Shown piece by piece: positions 7,738 to 15,578 of a stretch of 64,000 nt of DNA. The stretch spans positions 1 to 64,000 of the IMG/VR virus record IMGVR_UViG_3300041402_000314; one strand, given 5' to 3'. The translations under genes were made by a program, and so were the position numbers. Under the pieces are notes generated by a model. It was not told the DNA's origin. It was given only the letters and a program-made list of their open reading frames with translations, and searched no databases. Each line of letters begins with the position of its first letter. Position 1 is the first letter of the stretch.

Positions 7738-8253
7738 TTAATATACTCCTAAATCCTTAAGCATCTGGTTTATACCAAGACTCTCATGGTACTTCTTGAT
7801 GAATTGGCTGATAGTTGGTTGTTTTGGTTCATAACCTCTTTCAATGAAATGCATACCAGCTTCACTTAAGGACATATCACCTTTATAGCTGTTACACTTT
7901 TTACATGAACATACGGTATTCTCGAAAGTATTCTTACCACCTCTAGCTCTCGGAATAACATGATCTATATTAAGCTTTGACCTTCTATCTTCAGGACAAT
8001 AAACACAGGTGAAATTATCCCTCACCATAACATTTCTCTTAGTCCATACAACAGCTCTCTTATAGATACACTTGATAAGATAAACCAGTCTAATTACAAT
8101 AGGTGTCTTATACTCTTCAGAAAATGAACGTACTACTTCATCATCAGAATGCTTTACTACTTCGACTTTACCTTTAGCCATGTAGTGAAGAGCTTTCTTC
8201 AAAGACACTTTATTCAAAAAAGTGTAATCGTAGTTTAATAATATTACGTTCAT
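7738..8253 (-). CDS. HNH endonuclease (McrA/HNH_5-like)
   Basis: RDNFTCVYC, NIDHVIPRARGG, CSCKKCNSYKG. Confidence 0.9.
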   Translation of the reverse strand: MNVILLNYDYTFLNKVSLKKALHYMAKGKVEVVKHSDDEVVRSFSEEYKTPIVIRLVYLIKCIYKRAVVWTKRNVMVRDNFTCVYCPEDRRSKLNIDHVIPRARGGKNTFENTVCSCKKCNSYKGDMSLSEAGMHFIERGYEPKQPTISQFIKKYHESLGINQMLKDLGVY

Positions 8254-8288
8254 CGTACTTTCCTTTTAATTATTTATATCTTCTAAAA

Positions 8289-8365
8289 TGGTGAGACTGA
8301 ACGGATTTGAACCGCTGACGCTCTGCTCTTCAAGCAGACGCTCTACCAGACTGAGCTACAATCCC
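8289..8365 (-). tRNA. tRNA-Phe(GAA)
   Basis: TCTGC-TTGAAGA-GCAGA; CCA. Confidence 0.93.
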
Positions 8366-8369
8366 ATTG

Positions 8370-8429
8370 TATATTTAATTACGTATCCGTAGTGCCATAA
8401 ATGTCAATATAGATACGTAATTAAATATA
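8370..8429. repeat. 18 bp perfect inverted repeat between tRNA-Phe and tRNA-Arg
   Basis: TATATTTAATTACGTATC (8370-8387) / GATACGTAATTAAATATA (8412-8429), 24 nt loop. Confidence 0.9.
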
Positions 8430-8507
8430 TGGAACCCTTAGAGAGATTCGAACTCTCGCATGTCTGACGTTCGTAGCGTCACGCTCTGTCCACTGAGCTA
8501 TAAGGGC
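8430..8507 (-). tRNA. tRNA-Arg(ACG)
   Basis: TGACG-CTACGAA-CGTCA; CCA. Confidence 0.93.
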
Positions 8508-8578
8508 AAAAAAATAATCTGGTGGCAATATTAACGACCTTTGCTCTTATTATCGGGACGGTCAAGCGAGAACCAGAT

Positions 8579-8782
8579 TTATTTACTTTTTTTCAAACAC
8601 GTTTTACATTTTTTAATTTTCAGATCATCATGTCCTATTCCATAATCGCCATTTTTCCAAAGTTCTTCCTTGAAAACAGAACATTTATCAAAACTACTTA
8701 GCTGCGAACAGGCGGTTTCATTAGATTTAATTCTACAATAATCGCCATCTGGTACTTCGATATCAACATTTATAATCATCAA
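8579..8782 (-). CDS. small Cys-rich hypothetical protein
   Basis: VEVPDGDYC...CSQL..CSVF...KCKTC. Confidence 0.5.
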   Translation of the reverse strand: MMIINVDIEVPDGDYCRIKSNETACSQLSSFDKCSVFKEELWKNGDYGIGHDDLKIKKCKTCLKKSK

Positions 8783-8801
8783 TCATCTCTCTTTAAAAAA
8801 T

Positions 8802-8875
8802 TGGTCGATCTTGCGGAGTTTAACCGCTCATCCAAACCCTCACGGTAAGGTATGCTGACGTTACATTAAAGACCG
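8802..8875 (-). ncRNA. degenerate tRNA-like gene
   Basis: CGGTCTT/AAGATCG-A-CCA acceptor with G3:U70, D-arm similar to the tRNA-Gln(TTG) here, TTAAACT T-loop; anticodon arm folds as CCTTA-CCG-TGAGG with no 7 nt loop. Confidence 0.6.
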
Positions 8876-8881
8876 ATAAAT

Positions 8882-9139
8882 TTATTGAGCTATACCAAGA
8901 ACACTTTCAAGATTACCTTTGAGACTCGAAGCCATATTCTTAGCAGCTTCAAGAGTAGTATTAGAATTCTTTACTTCTGTTTCGAGAATAGCAAGCTCTT
9001 CTTTCGCAATATCCACTCTCTGGTTGTTGGCATCGATCACCTGATCAACCTCACCCATACCCTTATTCAAATCGGTAATATCGGTTTTAATCCTCTCTAC
9101 TGTCTTTTCAATCCTAGCCAAACCTTTTTTCTCAAACAT
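8882..9139 (-). CDS. coiled-coil hypothetical protein
   Basis: Heptad pattern; GGAG RBS. Confidence 0.6.
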   Translation of the reverse strand: MFEKKGLARIEKTVERIKTDITDLNKGMGEVDQVIDANNQRVDIAKEELAILETEVKNSNTTLEAAKNMASSLKGNLESVLGIAQ

Positions 9140-9682
9140 TTATAACTCCTCCATTTTTGGTTTATACTGCGTTTTACGAAACTTTTTCCAACACCTATTA
9201 TTATAATCCGATCTACAAACATCATCCCAAGAAGTAGGAAGTCGTCCTCTACCTCTCTTCTTCCTAATATACTTCTTATCATATACACTTTCTATGATGG
9301 CTTGCCTAGTCTTGGGATGTCTATAATACTTTCCATAACCACCCTTTCCTACGAAAGGAACAGGACCATTTCTGAATCCAAGGTAATTTTTGCTTCTAGC
9401 GAGTCTCGACCAATACTTCCTTTCAGGCTTTTTATACTTTTCAATAGCTTCCTCAATTACATAGGTCTGAACTACTCTGTTCATACTATCCAAGACAATG
9501 TAATCTACTGGAATTCTCTCATATACATATCCTATATCATAATAGTTAGTCCCTCTGGTATAAGTATCATTAAAATTGTTACCTATACCATGCATACCAA
9601 TACATGAAATAAGATGTTCAAATGACTCGTATTCTCGAAAGTTATTCTCTCGATCAATCAGGTAATGCTTGTTATTTTTCAT
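9140..9682 (-). CDS. hypothetical basic protein
   Basis: 180 aa; AAGGAG RBS; FRNGPVP and LPTSWDD..RSDY..CWKKFRKTQYK. Confidence 0.65.
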   Translation of the reverse strand: MKNNKHYLIDRENNFREYESFEHLISCIGMHGIGNNFNDTYTRGTNYYDIGYVYERIPVDYIVLDSMNRVVQTYVIEEAIEKYKKPERKYWSRLARSKNYLGFRNGPVPFVGKGGYGKYYRHPKTRQAIIESVYDKKYIRKKRGRGRLPTSWDDVCRSDYNNRCWKKFRKTQYKPKMEEL

Positions 9683-9833
9683 TTTCTAGTCTCCTTTTAT
9701 AGGTTTAACTAGAAAATGTCTTTTTCGAACCTCTTCATATCCTTTCCTTTCTTTTAATTATTTATATTGGGGCGAAGGTCAACCTTTCGGTCATTTTTAC
9801 ACTGGTGATCTGCCAGTCCTCCGCCATAATTTT

Positions 9834-9909
9834 TGGCGACCTTGAGGGGAATCGAACCCCTAACCTATTCGCAGACAACGAACTGCTCTTCCATTTGAGC
9901 TACAAGGCC
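9834..9909 (-). tRNA. tRNA-Asp(GTC)
   Basis: GTTCG-TTGTCTG-CGAAT; G73; CCA. Confidence 0.9.
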
Positions 9910-9927
9910 ATTTAATTTATTAAAGCT

Positions 9928-9956
9928 ATTATACCAAATTCAGTTTTGTTTGTCAA
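9928..9956 (-). promoter_or_regulatory. sigma70-type promoter driving tRNA-Asp
   Basis: TTGACA-17-TATAAT. Confidence 0.85.
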
Positions 9957-9964
9957 GCTTTATT

Positions 9965-10300
9965 TTATATATTTTGCATTTGTTTTAAAGTTTTTCTTCT
10001 ATTTTTAATCCTTTTTATAAGTTCTTCAAATCTAATAATTTCTTCTACGAATGGTAATCTATCGCCTTTTTCTGCATTACATTTTTTATGAGCTAATACA
10101 TGATTGTATCTAAGTACCTTTCCCATTTTATATTTTTTAGCTACAAAATGATCTACTGTATATCCTCGGTTCCTACCTTTATTTTTAGCAAGCCACATAG
10201 GATTACCACAGTAAAAACATTCGCCTTGTTGCGCCATCATAAGTTCCATATGATATCCAGCTAATTCCATAATTTTCTCCTTCTTTGAATTATGAACCAA
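9965..10300 (-). CDS. HNH endonuclease
   Basis: QQGECFYCG, TVDHF, AHKKCNAEKG. Confidence 0.8.
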   Translation of the reverse strand: MVHNSKKEKIMELAGYHMELMMAQQGECFYCGNPMWLAKNKGRNRGYTVDHFVAKKYKMGKVLRYNHVLAHKKCNAEKGDRLPFVEEIIRFEELIKRIKNRRKTLKQMQNI

Positions 10301-10343
10301 TCATAACATGGAGAAAACTATTTGTCAAGAACTTTTTTTATTT

Positions 10344-10417
10344 TGGATGAGGTAGATGGATTCGAACCATCATTAACTCATTCAGAGTGAGTCGTCTTAC
10401 CATTGGACTATACCCCA
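10344..10417 (-). tRNA. tRNA-Gln(CTG)
   Basis: ACTCA-CTCTGAA-TGAGT; U1:A72; CCA. Confidence 0.92.
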
Positions 10418-10428
10418 AAATTTTATTT

Positions 10429-10502
10429 TGGTGGAGATTAGGGGAGTCGAACCCCTTCAAAATCAGTGCAAATGATTTTCGCATCCCGATGCATCAATCC
10501 CC
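10429..10502 (-). tRNA. tRNA-Ala(TGC)
   Basis: G3:U70, loop TTTGCAC, CCA; overlapped by the upstream CDS. Confidence 0.88.
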
Positions 10503-11043
10503 AAAATTTCCTTATTTCCATTTTCTTTATTATGTCTTCAGCCAGTAAATCGATTCCTTCATCAGTTCCACCATCATATTCTACCACACTGATCTCATGT
10601 TTGTCAAGAAGTTTTCTCAGATTTTTATCAATATCTTTCGATTCATCTTCTGTCTGCATCCTACCTATAGGATTATACTCTTTGACTCTCTTCAGGAAGA
10701 CATTCATGGTTTCAAATGAATGATGTGCCTCCATTATAAGAGTATCTAAAGCCTTTCCTACTGTTGTCTTATCCCTGTTGTAATATAGGGATAGAAGCAG
10801 CGGAGAATCGGTTATAACAACATCTACTTGACCATTTAGCCTGAATACCTTATGATGTTGTTTAGCAAATACATATATCTGGTTATCGAAGATCGCTTCA
10901 TGTCTATCCCAGACCTTATCTTTAGCATATTCACTAACATATTCAGCATTAATACCAGCCTGTTTCAACTTACTAAATACACCTGTAGCAGTAGTTGATT
11001 TACCACAACCCGGACCACCAAACAGATTAATCAATAGCATCAA
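10438..11043 (-). CDS. P-loop NadR/AAA_28-like kinase
   Basis: INLFGGPGCGKST Walker A, EYAKD, ITDSPL; C-terminus reads through tRNA-Ala. Confidence 0.8.
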   Translation of the reverse strand: MMLLINLFGGPGCGKSTTATGVFSKLKQAGINAEYVSEYAKDKVWDRHEAIFDNQIYVFAKQHHKVFRLNGQVDVVITDSPLLLSLYYNRDKTTVGKALDTLIMEAHHSFETMNVFLKRVKEYNPIGRMQTEDESKDIDKNLRKLLDKHEISVVEYDGGTDEGIDLLAEDIIKKMEIRKFWGLMHRDAKIICTDFEGVRLP

Positions 11044-11248
11044 AAAATCCTATTCTTTCGGCTTGGTCATCAGTTATAGGAAGAACATTAATTAAAAAGA
11101 TTGTACTACTATCACTTTTCTCTTCTTCCACTCTCTCCAGAAACTCTATCGGACATTTTTCAATAGAGCTACCATATTTACCACCATCATCAAATAGAGC
11201 ATTCTGACAATAATATGTTATCAAATACATATCAAACTCCTTATTCAA
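11027..11248 (-). CDS. hypothetical protein
   Basis: 73 aa ORF coupled to the downstream kinase gene. Confidence 0.5.
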   Translation of the reverse strand: MNKEFDMYLITYYCQNALFDDGGKYGSSIEKCPIEFLERVEEEKSDSSTIFLINVLPITDDQAERIGFFDAID

Positions 11249-11343
11249 AAATCGTTATACCACAATCCTTACATGCCTTATAATCGAGAGAACCATTCAT
11301 AGACAACACTCTGACTTTATTGAGGTGCTTACAAAAAGCTAGT

Positions 11344-11604
11344 CTATATATCCTCCTCATCGCTGTTATTAGTCTTCTCATAGTCTGCCACCGCCTTTAA
11401 AAAAGTTTCATAAGAATACATTCTACCACTATGTTTACTATCTGGATACATTACTTGTCCAGTTACCGTATACAATCTAGGTGATTTTTGATCTAAATAT
11501 TTCTTCGCTTCAATCATCCGTTTTATCAATTCTTCTTGAAACTCTTTACCAGTTTCTTCGCCAAATACTTTCAAGAGTTCTTCTTCAGAATCAATTACTT
11601 TCAT
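11344..11604 (-). CDS. hypothetical protein
   Basis: 86 aa, overlapping start/stop with 11601..11813. Confidence 0.55.
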   Translation of the reverse strand: MKVIDSEEELLKVFGEETGKEFQEELIKRMIEAKKYLDQKSPRLYTVTGQVMYPDSKHSGRMYSYETFLKAVADYEKTNNSDEEDI

Positions 11605-11813
11605 TTCCCTTCAGCAATCAGATTCAAATGCTTTCTAATGTACCTCATGAAAAGAAGAGCTTTATCTTCCTCTAAGAAAGTAGCAGTTCCAGTATCTTCT
11701 ATAGGTACAGGAAACTCAAAACCACATTCGGTTACATACCATAGATTCAAGTCCTTATAACGCTGAAATTTAACTACTTTATTGTCTTTTACCATGTCTT
11801 TAATAATGCTCAT
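11601..11813 (-). CDS. conserved phage hypothetical protein
   Basis: WYVTECGFEFPVPIEDTGTATFLEEDKALLFMRYIRK; GAGGA RBS. Confidence 0.7.
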   Translation of the reverse strand: MSIIKDMVKDNKVVKFQRYKDLNLWYVTECGFEFPVPIEDTGTATFLEEDKALLFMRYIRKHLNLIAEGK

Positions 11814-11820
11814 ATTTTCC

Positions 11821-12075
11821 TCACTTAACTATCTTTAAATGTCGTTCATTCTTTATCTTCTGTTTAAGATCGAGTGTATAAAAATATTCGACCATTTCAT
11901 CTACAAAGTCTGGGTCTCTCATCACCCTATCCATAATACTTATAGCTAAAATACTAGGCATCGGACTTGTGCCGTTTTCTTTCTCTTCGGCAGTGGGTTT
12001 TGGTATATGAGAATGAACCCTTCCATTCGTCTTAAAAATTACCGCTGTATCGCCATTTTCCAGATAAATACTCAT
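11821..12075 (-). CDS. hypothetical protein
   Basis: 84 aa ORF in operon. Confidence 0.55.
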   Translation of the reverse strand: MSIYLENGDTAVIFKTNGRVHSHIPKPTAEEKENGTSPMPSILAISIMDRVMRDPDFVDEMVEYFYTLDLKQKIKNERHLKIVK

Positions 12076-12314
12076 AACAAATCCTGTCCTAGATCACATT
12101 TATCTTTTCTATACTTTTTGTTAAATTTCCACTTACAATCGATATATCTTTTTCTAAATCTAGCTTTGAGACCTACATGAATTGGTAGACCAAAACATAA
12201 TAGTGAATATCTTTTATATGCTTTTTGACTATATTTACCTATACCTATCATAAATAAAATAGAATAGAACTTTTTAACTCCATGAAGATATAAACTTAGA
12301 AAGTAATCATTCAT
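12072..12314 (-). CDS. hypothetical protein
   Basis: Probable ATG at 12314; the longer ORF-track version starts inside tRNA-His. Confidence 0.45.
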   Translation of the reverse strand: MNDYFLSLYLHGVKKFYSILFMIGIGKYSQKAYKRYSLLCFGLPIHVGLKARFRKRYIDCKWKFNKKYRKDKCDLGQDLL

Positions 12315-12336
12315 AACAAACCTATATTCAAATTTT

Positions 12337-12410
12337 TGGGGTGAAGCCGGGAATCGAACCCTAGTCTCCTGATTCACAGTCAGGCATTCTGCCACTGAAC
12401 TAGCAACACC
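12337..12410 (-). tRNA. tRNA-His(GTG)
   Basis: CCTGA-CTGTGAA-TCAGG; G-1:C73 configuration; CCA. Confidence 0.9.
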
Positions 12411-12417
12411 ATAATTC

Positions 12418-12678
12418 TTAAATTTCTTTTATTGTTATCTCTACTTCAACTGCTTCCATATCCTTTTTAGTAAGTTTTTTACCTGATCTATCCCAAAACC
12501 AGTTACCAAGAAAACCTGCTTCAGCTTTCTTCTTTGTGTTATAGGTAAGAACTCTTTTCTTATCAGTCTTATCATCTACCAATATAAGTTCTCTATTCCT
12601 CGGAACGCCTTTGGCTATAACAGTCTTGTCTTGATTCATTATAATCCATTTTCTTTCAGTATATTCAAACTTATCCAT
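12418..12678 (-). CDS. hypothetical protein
   Basis: 86 aa; GGAG RBS. Confidence 0.6.
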   Translation of the reverse strand: MDKFEYTERKWIIMNQDKTVIAKGVPRNRELILVDDKTDKKRVLTYNTKKKAEAGFLGNWFWDRSGKKLTKKDMEAVEVEITIKEI

Positions 12679-12694
12679 TCATCAAACTCCTAAT

Positions 12695-12868
12695 TTAATC
12701 TTCTAACAATCTACATATTTTCTTAAATTTTTCTTTATTTACATAAACTATTCTTTCATCATCAGAAAGATAAATACCTATTGTTTGATTTCTGATTTCT
12801 ATATTCAGGGTCTTACCCTCACAATCAGTATTATAACTATCTTCAACAATATTAAGCTTTACTTCCAT
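12695..12868 (-). CDS. hypothetical protein
   Basis: AGGAG RBS before MEVKLNIV. Confidence 0.5.
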   Translation of the reverse strand: MEVKLNIVEDSYNTDCEGKTLNIEIRNQTIGIYLSDDERIVYVNKEKFKKICRLLED

Positions 12869-12893
12869 GATCAAACTCCTAATCAATTAATTT

Positions 12894-12968
12894 TGGAAGC
12901 CCTACTCAGATTTGAACTGAGACGATAAGGTTCAAAACCTTACATGCTAACCATTACATTATAGGGCA
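12894..12968 (-). tRNA. tRNA-Gln(TTG)
   Basis: TAAGG-TTTTGAA-CCTTA; U1:A72; CCA. Confidence 0.92.
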
Positions 12969-13257
12969 TCATTTATCTCTATCGCGACATTTATCACGTC
13001 ATTTTGTCGCGATTATTATATTACCACAAGAAAAAATATTATCATAATTATAGAAATTAACCACATCAATCCATCTATTTCACCGAGCGTATCATCACAT
13101 ATCATTTCAAGTTCAGGCCACTCAATTTCTTCATCGGTCTTTTCCATAATTTTCCTATTTTATAGTTGGGTGGTGTCTCGCAACTTAGTCATCAGAGTGT
13201 CTTAATCGCTTTGTCTAACACTTTCTCACCCAAGCAGTTAGATTGCTTTATATTTTT

Positions 13258-13341
13258 TGGTAGGAGAGGAGGGATTTGAACCCTCAATCCCGAAGGCACT
13301 GGTTCCTAAGACCAGCGTGTATTCCGTTCCACCACCCTCCC
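13258..13341 (-). tRNA. tRNA-Leu(TAG)
   Basis: CTGGT-CTTAGGA-ACCAG, long variable arm, CCA. Confidence 0.93.
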
Positions 13342-13348
13342 ACATATT

Positions 13349-13645
13349 TTATATCTCTATCGGTTCTGGTAAATCAACATTATTCATAGATATCGCTTTA
13401 GCTTCACCAGTCTTTAAATTAACTTCGATCTCAAATGATATTTCGAATCCAGTACGGCAGAAATTATCAAGAGCCTTTCCACTTAAGCCCATTTCCTTGC
13501 CATTATTATAATTTCCATCTCCATCTGAATGAACAAAAAATGTAGTTTTAACTTTCTCTACTATTTCTAATTCACCACCACATTCTGGACAGAAATTAAA
13601 CTTCTCTACCTGTACAACTTCACAAAATCTACACCACTTAGACAT
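13349..13645 (-). CDS. zinc-ribbon hypothetical protein
   Basis: MSKWCRFC...FCPECG; ATG at 13645 after AGAGG RBS (the ORF-track start lies in tRNA-Leu). Confidence 0.55.
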   Translation of the reverse strand: MSKWCRFCEVVQVEKFNFCPECGGELEIVEKVKTTFFVHSDGDGNYNNGKEMGLSGKALDNFCRTGFEISFEIEVNLKTGEAKAISMNNVDLPEPIEI

Positions 13646-13667
13646 AATCAAACCTCTATTCAAATTT

Positions 13668-13757
13668 TGGTAGGAGTAGTCGGACTCGAACCGACAAGGG
13701 CGCATACGTCCCGCGAGATTTTAAGTCTCGTGTGTATACCAATTCCACCATACTCCC
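13668..13757 (-). tRNA. tRNA-Leu(TAA)
   Basis: CGAGA-CTTAAAA-TCTCG, long variable arm, CCA. Confidence 0.93.
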
Positions 13758-13771
13758 ACATATATTTTATT

Positions 13772-14023
13772 TTAATTAGCTGGTTCAGGCTTTTCTTGCC
13801 AATGGGTTACATTCCAACCCCAATTATATTCTTTCCATGTTTCAAAGTCAAACCATATTTGTTTATTGGCATCAAACCACAACATCATTACTTCTGGGTC
13901 ATCGTTTGGGTCTCTATGACCATCATCGAGTTCGACAGTGACAATATACTCACCAATAACATTCCAATGTTTATTCTTTTCTAAAGGCAATCTATCTTTA
14001 ACTGATATCCAATTACTTTCCAT
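13772..14023 (-). CDS. DUF551-like protein
   Basis: WISVKDRLP...VTHWQEKPEP. Confidence 0.8.
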   Translation of the reverse strand: MESNWISVKDRLPLEKNKHWNVIGEYIVTVELDDGHRDPNDDPEVMMLWFDANKQIWFDFETWKEYNWGWNVTHWQEKPEPAN

Positions 14024-14041
14024 TTCAATCCTTTAGTTTTA

Positions 14042-14116
14042 TGGTCAAGGCGGGGAGATTCGAACTCCCACTTCATGTTCCCAAAACATGGGTGCTACCA
14101 TTAACACTACGCCAAG
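14042..14116 (-). tRNA. tRNA-Pro(TGG)
   Basis: CATGT-TTTGGGA-ACATG; C1:G72, A73; two U:U mismatches at acceptor pairs 2 and 3. Confidence 0.85.
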
Positions 14117-14401
14117 AAATTTAGAGCTACTTTATCACGACATGATTAGAACCACCTGATCTGTTTCGATCAATTTCACTCAAGGTATCGTACTTGCTTC
14201 TACTGGTTAGGTTTCCGCACTCTTATACCTAAATCTTTTTAATTTAACAACTGAGGATGGTTAGTCCTCCCGATATAGCCTTCATTGATCACCATTCAAT
14301 CCATCAGCCAAGTTTTCTCTCTTCTTATCCGCTAAGATAAAAATACTCTTCTTTATACAGTCCTTACCGTACCATCGGCTATTGTCAAAAATCTTTTAAG
14401 T

Positions 14402-14486
14402 TGGCTCCAGCGGTAGGATTCGAACCTACATAGTCCTTTCGGACAGTGATTAACAGTCACCTGCATTGCCAATCTGCCACGCTGGA
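14402..14486 (-). tRNA. tRNA-Asn(GTT) with long variable arm
   Basis: TCCAGCG/CGCTGGA-G-CCA, loop CTGTTAA, extra GTCC-GAAA-GGAC arm. Confidence 0.88.
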
Positions 14487-14497
14487 ACATATATTTT

Positions 14498-14585
14498 TGG
14501 TCTCGCGATCTGGATTCAAACCAGAATCTCCTGTCAGTGTTTTGTCATATTTTGGCTCATCAGCCTTTAATTAAACTACCACGAG
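14498..14585 (-). ncRNA. tRNA-like RNA lacking a canonical anticodon arm
   Basis: CTCGTGG/TCGCGAG-A-CCA, TCTGG-TTTGAAT-CCAGA T-arm; central GGCT-GATG-AGCC hairpin plus an A-rich stretch. Confidence 0.65.
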
Positions 14586-14601
14586 ACATATTTTATATTT
14601 T

Positions 14602-14684
14602 TGGTTGTCCGAGTAGGAATTGAACCTACTAATCAGAGGCGGTTATACCGTCATTCCTCGTTTACCCACCACATGGGACGGACA
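14602..14684 (-). ncRNA. tRNA-like RNA with remodelled D and anticodon arms
   Basis: TGTCCG/CGGACA-A-CCA, GTAGG-TTCAATT-CCTAC T-arm; central GAGG/CCTC stem with bulge and CGGT-ATA-ACCG triloop. Confidence 0.65.
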
Positions 14685-14861
14685 ACATATTTTATTTTAT
14701 TTGCCAGTGTACAACAATTATACTCGCTAACTGGCTACCGAGAGTTTAGAGTCACGACAAGCAAAATAAAATCATATGAGCCAGCTTGTCGCGAATCTTT
14801 GCATTGTTGTCAACGAACGATTAATCAATGACGGCTCATATGCAGAAAAACTTTATATTTT

Positions 14862-14932
14862 TGGTGGGTGTGGATGGATTTGATACCATCATTTCTCTGT
14901 ACATAGTGCCTTCAATCTTAGACGACACACCC
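14862..14932 (-). ncRNA. tRNA-like RNA with truncated anticodon arm
   Basis: GGGTGTG/CACACCC-A-CCA, GTCT/AGGC D-stem, ~12 nt anticodon region, 8 nt T-loop TATCAAAT. Confidence 0.65.
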
Positions 14933-14945
14933 ATAACTTTTTATT

Positions 14946-15281
14946 TTAAGATGTAATTAGTTCAACTATCTTCTTAAAATAATCTTTGGATATAGAATCA
15001 AATCCTATTTCATCCATCCTTTCCACCAAATCATATTTATTAGTTGTTACATACTGAGCTAAATTACAGTGGAAGTCATCACAACCTTCACCGAACAATA
15101 CAAATCCCATTTGCCCGAACTCACCATCATCTATTCGGCTCATTATCTCGTATTTTAAATCAAACTCTTCTGGAAAGTCGATATATCTCTTTGTCGCATA
15201 TTTTATCGACATATTTTTCAATACTTCGAATGTATATCTTTTAAAAACATAATTCCAAATTCTATCAAATCTAGCGATCAT
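14946..15281 (-). CDS. hypothetical protein
   Basis: 111 aa; GAGGA RBS. Confidence 0.6.
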   Translation of the reverse strand: MIARFDRIWNYVFKRYTFEVLKNMSIKYATKRYIDFPEEFDLKYEIMSRIDDGEFGQMGFVLFGEGCDDFHCNLAQYVTTNKYDLVERMDEIGFDSISKDYFKKIVELITS

Positions 15282-15302
15282 AAACTTTCCTCAATAATAT
15301 TT

Positions 15303-15377
15303 TGGCAGGTCGCCAAGGACTTGAACCCTGATTCTCGGCATTGGAAACCGATGCTCTACCAATTGAACTAACGACCC
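15303..15377 (-). tRNA. tRNA-Trp(CCA)
   Basis: TCGGT-TTCCAAT-GCCGA; G73; CCA. Confidence 0.9.
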
Positions 15378-15386
15378 ACATTTTAA

Positions 15387-15578
15387 TTACTCTTCTCTTA
15401 CTATCTTAAATCCTTTTACCTTTTGTATATCTGGAATGAGGCTTTTGGAATATATTAATCTCCATGTTCCATCACCAACCTTTTCTATATTGATCATCTC
15501 AATTTTAGTATCGATCTCTACTACCTTGGAAAGCTCCAATACTTTCCCTATTCCTTCTATCTCAATGCTTCGCTTCAT
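15387..15578 (-). CDS. hypothetical protein
   Basis: 63 aa ORF in operon. Confidence 0.55.
   Translation of the reverse strand: MKRSIEIEGIGKVLELSKVVEIDTKIEMINIEKVGDGTWRLIYSKSLIPDIQKVKGFKIVREE

Noticed and set aside
8516-8579. preQ1-type riboswitch (AATCTGGT/ACCAGATT closed element)
   Set aside because: It has an 8 bp terminal stem and an inner GACC/GGTC stem but lacks the preQ1 loop and A-rich tail arrangement. Probably a terminator or processing hairpin.
12981-13013. ATCGCGACA/TGTCGCGAT hairpin as a distinct ncRNA
   Set aside because: A single 9 bp hairpin just upstream of tRNA-Gln; adequately explained as a terminator or processing stem.
13166-13233. Hammerhead ribozyme (minus-strand CTGATGA after an AGTGT/ACACT stem, closed by TTGGGTG/CACCCAA)
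   Set aside because: GAAA is replaced by GAGA, stem II does not pair and there is no NUH cleavage triplet. At most an unclassified small hairpin RNA.
14540-14560. Hammerhead core CTGATGAG inside the tRNA-like RNA at 14498
   Set aside because: No downstream GAAA or stem III; the motif forms a simple GGCT/AGCC hairpin.
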